From assembly GCA_029907515.1 (NCBI GenBank), contig JARYLT010000006.1:62-64061 (forward strand): a stretch of 64,000 bases of DNA. Reading direction: 5' to 3'. Source of the DNA: Spirochaetota bacterium. Lineage in GTDB: Bacteria; Spirochaetota; UBA4802; UB4802. The position numbers were made by a program, and so were the translations under genes. Positions within the stretch are counted from its first letter, which is position 1, and each line of letters starts with the position of its first letter. Under the pieces are notes generated by a model that did not search any database, was not told the DNA's origin, and saw nothing but the letters and a program-made list of their open reading frames with translations. Below, piece by piece: positions 58,656 through 64,000 of the stretch.

Positions 58656-60116
58656 TTACTGCTTTATCTTAGTTCCGCGGAAAAGGATACTTGTTCGCCC
58701 TATCTGTATTTCATCCCAGTCTGAGAGAGGTTTAGGACGCAATAATTTTTTATTGTTTAAAAATGTGCCATTATCGCTTGCAAGGTCAAAAAGATAGTAG
58801 GTATTCCCAATTTTTTTAATTTTTGCATGTTTCAGGGAAACAGCATCATCATTGATAACAATCGCATTTTCTTTATCCCTGCCTATCGTTACCTCATCCC
58901 ATATGAGAGGAAATTTCTTCCCTGTTTCAGGTCCGCTTTTCTCAACCAGCCATGCATTTGTATAACTGTATTCAGGAGATGTTGCAAGAAGCAGTGTATC
59001 TGTATCTTTTTTTAAAGCATCATCTTTTTCATAGAGCATAGAATAGTATCTTTGAACAGGCTGTGGTATTCGTTGCATGCTTACCAGCTCAACGATCTGT
59101 TTCCATTTATTTATTAATACCAGAATAACAATAACCAGCGCTATCACCAAAAGCACAACAATCCCTGCCAGCACCACAAATGGCAGATCAGTATGTATTG
59201 TATATGTATTCTTTTGAAAAGAGTATTTTGCATATCCCGTATCATTATCCTGTATGCCTTTGTGTTTAAATTGTACTTCTATGGGATGAATGGCATCATC
59301 ATGTTTATTTGTTTTAAACGTGATTTCAAATGGTATGGTATGTAGCATGCGTGATTGCAGTACATTAATTACCGCTTCTTCAACTCCCGCAGTAGCAACA
59401 AACAGTTTCCCTTTGGTAATTTTACTTAACCTGCTTACTGCAGCGGCTTTTGAACACCGTTCAGGGACAATGGTAAAAATGGGAATTGTATGTTCACGGG
59501 CATTATTGACAACATCATCAGGGAACATAAAACTGCCTTCATCTTTTCCATCGGTTAGCAGAATAATGGATTTTCCCCCTTTTTGGCGAGCTAATTCTTC
59601 TGTGGCTGCAAACAAACAATTATAAAGCTTGGTTCGTTTGCCATGCTGTTGTAAAGATTCAATGATTTCTATGTAATTGGTCATATCTTTTGAAAATGGA
59701 GCCAGTGTCACAACTTCATCATTAAACTTATATACAATAAACGTATAATTGCCTTTACTTCTTTTTATAATGTTTATGGCTATTTTTTTAAGCCTTAAAA
59801 AATTTTTCTTTGATATACTCTTGCTTGCATCAATACACAGCGCAATATATGTATCTGTATCCAGTGAGTTTACAGTAAAATCATTTATATGTGTATTATC
59901 TTCGACGATGGCAAAATTTTCCCTGCCAATAGTACTAATCTGAATCCCTTCAGGTTTGTGTATAACACCCTTTATGGTAATCTCAGGAAATAAATCCACA
60001 CTGATACGTTCAATTGACACAATTGGCCCTGCAAACAGCACACCTGGTATATAAAGCAATACTGTGACTACAACCACAACTGCATATGTTAGTTGTTGTT
60101 TCATAGATTTTTTCAT
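58656..60116 (-). CDS. Transmembrane vWA-domain / FHA-domain signalling protein
   Basis: A signal/TM segment precedes an extracytoplasmic vWA domain (MIDAS-like IDASKSIS ... ILLTDGKDEG). A TM helix follows (FVVLAGIVVLLVIALVIVILVLI), then a cytoplasmic FHA domain (VTIGRDKENAIVINDDAVSLKHAKI...YYLFDLASDNGTFLN). Confidence 0.6.
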   Translation of the reverse strand: MKKSMKQQLTYAVVVVVTVLLYIPGVLFAGPIVSIERISVDLFPEITIKGVIHKPEGIQISTIGRENFAIVEDNTHINDFTVNSLDTDTYIALCIDASKSISKKNFLRLKKIAINIIKRSKGNYTFIVYKFNDEVVTLAPFSKDMTNYIEIIESLQQHGKRTKLYNCLFAATEELARQKGGKSIILLTDGKDEGSFMFPDDVVNNAREHTIPIFTIVPERCSKAAAVSRLSKITKGKLFVATAGVEEAVINVLQSRMLHTIPFEITFKTNKHDDAIHPIEVQFKHKGIQDNDTGYAKYSFQKNTYTIHTDLPFVVLAGIVVLLVIALVIVILVLINKWKQIVELVSMQRIPQPVQRYYSMLYEKDDALKKDTDTLLLATSPEYSYTNAWLVEKSGPETGKKFPLIWDEVTIGRDKENAIVINDDAVSLKHAKIKKIGNTYYLFDLASDNGTFLNNKKLLRPKPLSDWDEIQIGRTSILFRGTKIKQ

Positions 60117-60311
60117 AATGACAAAATGTAATAAAAAATTTATTTTATAAACTCATTACTACTAATCAAACCAGGATTGACACATTTATCCTTCTGGAAA
60201 ACTCTTCCTAAAATTAACTCACGTGATAGTATTAAAACAGTTAAACAGTAACGATAGATATATGTACTATATATAGTATCGGTATAGATGAATGGCCAGT
60301 ACAATCAAATT

Positions 60312-60800
60312 TTACTCGTGAGCACAGTCTTTAACCTGACCCTGTAAAAGTTTGACAGCATGCAGTAGTGCATCCTGTATAACCTCTAAATTTTCCACAA
60401 CAGCTTTTGGGCTTCCTGGTAGATTAATAATAATTGAAGAGCCCCTGATACCCGCTATTGCCCGTGACAGCATAGCATGTTTAGTTATTGCAAGGGAAGC
60501 ATGGCGCATGGCTTCCGCAAATCCTGGAGCATAGCGTTCAATCACATCAGCGGTTGCCTCAGGAGTGACATCGCGGGGAGCAAACCCTGTTCCTCCTGTT
60601 GTTAAAATACAATTAATATTCTTTGCACACAGGTCCCGTAGCGTTTGTGCAATCACTTCGCGCTCATCAGGAACAATACAAAATTCAACCACACTATACC
60701 CCCTGCTCCTGGCCCACTCTTCTATAGCCTTGCCAGAAAGGTCTTCGCGCTCTTTTCGGTAGGACCTGTCACTTACCACAACTATCGCAATACTTATCAT
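60312..60800 (-). CDS. mog: Molybdopterin adenylyltransferase MogA/MoaB-family protein
   Basis: IAIVVVSDR...ILTTGGTGFAPRDVTPEA is the MoaB/MogA GGTG motif. Confidence 0.75.
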   Translation of the reverse strand: MISIAIVVVSDRSYRKEREDLSGKAIEEWARSRGYSVVEFCIVPDEREVIAQTLRDLCAKNINCILTTGGTGFAPRDVTPEATADVIERYAPGFAEAMRHASLAITKHAMLSRAIAGIRGSSIIINLPGSPKAVVENLEVIQDALLHAVKLLQGQVKDCAHE

Positions 60801-60801
60801 A

Positions 60802-61152
60802 CTATCCCTCTATCTCTATACTTTTTACAGTAAGTTCCCTACCTGAAATAATGGTTACATTGGGAGAATTACATTGTGGGCAACTAAATTGCCAGTCATT
60901 TTTATTAAAGTGAAACTCATTGCCGCAATCATCACATTTCAGTGATGCCTTCACCATTTCAACAACCAGTTCAGCTTTCTCCGCAATGGTATCCTTACTT
61001 ACAAAATCAAAATATGTCTGCATCCATTCAGGAATATAATCAGACAATTCCCCCACCAGAAGATGTATTTTAGTTACCTTGCTTGCACCATGTTGTGATG
61101 CATGCTGAACAACAATATCAAGGACATTGGACATGATGGATAATTCGTGCAT
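60802..61152 (-). CDS. hypA: Hydrogenase nickel-insertion metallochaperone HypA
   Basis: MHELSIMSNVLDIV (the N-terminal MHE Ni-binding motif) and two CxxC pairs (CDDCG...CPQCNS) are present. Confidence 0.8.
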   Translation of the reverse strand: MHELSIMSNVLDIVVQHASQHGASKVTKIHLLVGELSDYIPEWMQTYFDFVSKDTIAEKAELVVEMVKASLKCDDCGNEFHFNKNDWQFSCPQCNSPNVTIISGRELTVKSIEIEG

Positions 61153-61244
61153 TGTTTCCTCACAAACGCTAATCGTTTTTATACAATATATCGATATGTA
61201 AATATGAACAATCTATTCTACATTTTTTGTAACCGATAGTTACT

Positions 61245-63002
61245 ATGCAAAAAAAAATTGATTCATATATTACCCATAACATTCATTATATCGATTTCTG
61301 CATCGGGCAACTAAAAAAAGATATTGAACTCTTACCCAATAGAACCGATGCCATTACAGAAATACTGGAACATATTCTTTTCCAGAAAAAACTAACACTC
61401 CCATTATCAAATGAGGGAATCACAGCATGCAACGACCTTGCAAGAGTACTGACTCAATGGGACATAATACAGCATGGCGATCTGGCAGGGTATATTTATC
61501 AGAATATCAAAGATACAGATGACAAAAAAAAGAAAGGGCAATACTTTACGCCACCTGCTATTGTACAGTACATGGTTGAACATGCGCTGCAATACCACGA
61601 CAATCCTTTTACAGTTAAAATTCTGGATCCTGCCTGTGGATCTGGTCAGTTTTTGATTTATATATATCAATACCTACTGGAACTCTACAAACAGCACGGC
61701 ATTTCTCACAAGGAAGCTGCATACACCATCTGTCATAATAACCTGTTTGGCTATGATATTGATCCTGTTGCCTGCATGATTGCACAGTGGAACATCCAAA
61801 AACTTTCGGGGACCCATACCAACATTTGTCACCGAGACATGCTTTCAACAGACGATCTTTTTAATAAACATAATCCCTTAGTATTTGATATCATTGTTGG
61901 CAACCCTCCCTGGGGCGCACATTTTACACATGAACAAAAGCAATATTTCAAACAGCATTATTTTTCAGCAATAAGTGGTATAAACAGTTTTACGTTATTT
62001 ATTGAACGGTCACTTTCACTTTTGCATGAACGCGGTATTTTGTCATTTTTAATCCCTGAAGCATACCTCAATATTAAAGCACATCAGAACTCACGGCAAA
62101 TAGTACTTTCAAATACTGTGATTAAAGAAATAGTACAATGGGGAGATTGTTTTAAGGGAGTGTATGCACCTGCCATATCGCTTACTGCTCAAAAAGAGGC
62201 ACGGGAAGAAATTCGAAAGAAACATATTGTTCACATAAAGCATGCAAAATCATTAACAACTATCGCCCACATGATACCCCAACAAATGTATTGTACTACC
62301 CATGAATCTATTTTTGCCATCAATTACACCCGTAAGGCGGTTGCACTATTAGAGCACATTCATACACTATCATATATTACATTACAAGACAGAGTAAAAT
62401 TTTTTCTTGGCATTGTCACTGGCAACAACGACTACCATATAAGCACAATCAAAGACTCAAGACATCCTGACCCAATAATCTTAGGTAAAGATGTAGAAAA
62501 ATTTCGTATTAATTTCAGCAATCACTATTTTAAATACAATGTATCCACATTACAACAGGTTGCCGAACAGCAATGTTACCTTACAAGAAATAAAATACTA
62601 TATAAATTTATTGGCAGGCACCTTACCTTTGCCGTTGACCCGCATGGATTGTACACACTTAACAACGTTAATGGTTTTATTCCACTGTCACCACAGCTGG
62701 ATCCCGATGTTCTTGTAGCTGTTTTAAATTCTCGTCTGTTGCAATATATCTACGAAACCCAATTTTTTACTGTTAAAGTCTTACGTGGTAATCTGGAGAA
62801 ACTACCAATAAAAATCATTAATTCTACAAACAAAAAGCTTTTGAAAAAATTATCTTTAGAACTCAGGGGAGAAGCTGACAGAGTTAAACGAAAAATATTA
62901 ATGGATACTATTGATGATATTGTTTTTCATGAATACAGGATTAATGATATGCTTGCACACCATATCTATGAAAGCATTACCACTGAAACTTCAATAGCAT
63001 AA
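61245..63002 (+). CDS. N6-adenine DNA methyltransferase (gamma-class, Eco57I/TaqI-like MTase domain plus C-terminal target-recognition domain); no adjacent endonuclease
   Basis: QYFTPPAIVQYMV (motif X), ILDPACGSGQFL (motif I, FxGxG) and IIVGNPPWGA (motif IV, NPPW) are present. It is 585 aa. Confidence 0.7.
   Translation: MQKKIDSYITHNIHYIDFCIGQLKKDIELLPNRTDAITEILEHILFQKKLTLPLSNEGITACNDLARVLTQWDIIQHGDLAGYIYQNIKDTDDKKKKGQYFTPPAIVQYMVEHALQYHDNPFTVKILDPACGSGQFLIYIYQYLLELYKQHGISHKEAAYTICHNNLFGYDIDPVACMIAQWNIQKLSGTHTNICHRDMLSTDDLFNKHNPLVFDIIVGNPPWGAHFTHEQKQYFKQHYFSAISGINSFTLFIERSLSLLHERGILSFLIPEAYLNIKAHQNSRQIVLSNTVIKEIVQWGDCFKGVYAPAISLTAQKEAREEIRKKHIVHIKHAKSLTTIAHMIPQQMYCTTHESIFAINYTRKAVALLEHIHTLSYITLQDRVKFFLGIVTGNNDYHISTIKDSRHPDPIILGKDVEKFRINFSNHYFKYNVSTLQQVAEQQCYLTRNKILYKFIGRHLTFAVDPHGLYTLNNVNGFIPLSPQLDPDVLVAVLNSRLLQYIYETQFFTVKVLRGNLEKLPIKIINSTNKKLLKKLSLELRGEADRVKRKILMDTIDDIVFHEYRINDMLAHHIYESITTETSIA
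61249..61257 (+). repeat. A9 homopolymeric tract in codons 2-4 of the DNA methyltransferase ORF
   Basis: The sequence ATG CAA AAA AAA ATT is seen directly. Confidence 0.9.
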
Positions 63003-63008
63003 TAATTA

Positions 63009-63575
63009 TTAATTTGAACAACTCTTAAAAATTATTACCCCATCTACAGTATCATCATTCTTTTCATCAATAAACGCGATCCCCTTTAATGAATACATAT
63101 AGATTGACCCATCTGCATCTTTGAGAACTTGCATTCCTTCATTGCCATAATTAAATACTATTGCCATTATACCTTTTGATACCCGCACTCCATCAATTAA
63201 AACACCATATGAGTCCCATACAACAACAAATGATACTCTGCCATTATAGAATCCTATGATTGTTAAGGGATTCCGGTATGTATATAAATAATGAAAAGGC
63301 AATGAAGCTTCAGATTGTATTTTTAACACATCCTTTAAAAAATCATGTGTTACCTGTTGTGTCTTTTTAAAAGGATTCCCTTTTATTAATAGAACTTCCT
63401 GTTCAGACATATCAATCACTGTAGATGATGCCCCAATGCCAGGTATAATCAGCGTTTCATCTTTCACTATCATACTGTGCAGTTGTCCTTGAGGTATTTG
63501 AGCATTAATTCCTGTGAGAGGAATAAAATAAACTAAAAATATACAAAGAAGAAATTTCTTTTTCATATAGCTCAC
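63009..63575 (-). CDS. Secreted hypothetical protein
   Basis: It has a signal peptide (MKKKFLLCIFLVYFIPLTGINAQ). It overlaps the upstream gene by 4 nt. Confidence 0.4.
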   Translation of the reverse strand: MSYMKKKFLLCIFLVYFIPLTGINAQIPQGQLHSMIVKDETLIIPGIGASSTVIDMSEQEVLLIKGNPFKKTQQVTHDFLKDVLKIQSEASLPFHYLYTYRNPLTIIGFYNGRVSFVVVWDSYGVLIDGVRVSKGIMAIVFNYGNEGMQVLKDADGSIYMYSLKGIAFIDEKNDDTVDGVIIFKSCSN

Positions 63576-64000
63576 GATCTTATATTCCTTAAACTCTCAA
63601 CATCCCTTTTTACAACAGCATGTTTTCGTGGATAGTTTGCTGGTGTATACCCATCTTTCAAAAATATCAAACCTTCATATAGTTTAAGCTTTTTGGCTTC
63701 TTCTATGGTTACCCTATGACCGCCAAGATTAAGGGAATGCTTCGTTAAATAGTCCGTTAATACTGTTATATCACGTTTATTGGCATTTTTTTCTTCATGC
63801 AATTTATCACATCCATACTCTGCTATTACCTCATCATTACTACATACCGTTTTATTGTTTTCAAAACCTATTTCATACAGATTAAGGGAATAATATATAT
63901 ACAGCCATCCTCCCGGCTTTACAAAAGGCAATCCATACTCAAGCGCCATAAGCGGGTGAGCAAAAGCACGTGACACAGCAAAATCAAAGCTATCCCTGTA
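63572..64000 (-). CDS. rsmG: 16S rRNA (guanine527-N7)-methyltransferase RsmG/GidB, C-terminal part; the 5' end lies beyond the window
   Basis: The frame is open to the window edge. ...FDFAVSRAFAHPL...VKPGGWLY parallels E. coli RsmG FDGVISRAFASL...GEQGRFYALKG. Confidence 0.5.
   Translation of the reverse strand, partial: YRDSFDFAVSRAFAHPLMALEYGLPFVKPGGWLYIYYSLNLYEIGFENNKTVCSNDEVIAEYGCDKLHEEKNANKRDITVLTDYLTKHSLNLGGHRVTIEEAKKLKLYEGLIFLKDGYTPANYPRKHAVVKRDVESLRNIRS

Noticed and set aside
60117-60311. I looked for a cobalamin riboswitch upstream of the B12-radical-SAM / vWA-FHA genes.
   Set aside because: I found no GCCACTG B12-box or conserved riboswitch core on either strand in this spacer.
1-64000. 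I looked for a CRISPR array, an IS element, an integrase or a prophage.
   Set aside because: I found no regularly spaced direct repeats and no transposase, integrase or recombinase-like ORF. tRNA-Gln is flanked by housekeeping genes (ispE and the GlmU-like gene) with no att-like duplication.

Overview
This 64 kb window is an AT-rich bacterial chromosomal segment with short intergenic spacers. It looks like an anaerobe, possibly from the FCB or a candidate-phylum lineage; that is inference from gene content, codon usage and amino-acid usage only. I found no rRNA, no CRISPR array and no intact transposase or integrase.

Most of the window is housekeeping: alaS-recX, rpsI-rplM, ispE, tRNA-Gln, a GlmU-like gene, prs, rplY, pth, yebC-ruvC-ruvA and copA.

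The accessory content I think deserves attention is:
1. A complete 13-gene Mbh-type group-4 [NiFe] hydrogenase with an Mrp antiporter module. Both NiFe-ligating CxxC motifs are present. A ubiquitin-like MoaD/ThiS gene with a GG C-terminus overlaps its last gene and converges on a TtcA tRNA thiolase gene.
2. A 1876-aa predicted outer-membrane beta-barrel protein with EF-hand-like Ca-binding loops, directly downstream of an EnvC-like M23 peptidase. Its fold is inferred from the C-terminal signature only.
3. A signalling and modification island carrying an ECF sigma factor, a multi-TM PP2C phosphatase, a DHH phosphoesterase, a small DPPY methyltransferase, a B12-binding radical SAM enzyme, a transmembrane vWA-FHA protein, hypA-mogA and a 585-aa N6-adenine DNA methyltransferase. 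The large methyltransferase has no restriction partner and carries an A9 tract at codons 2-4.
4. A tandem paralogous arrangement of two NMO-family flavoenzymes flanking an acyl-CoA ligase, with a third ligase paralog about 6 kb away.
5. Several gene remnants: an AbiEii toxin N-terminal fragment, a PP2C C-terminal fragment and a 28-aa epimerase N-terminal stub.

All calls rest on motif-level reading of the six-frame translations. I ran no database search.
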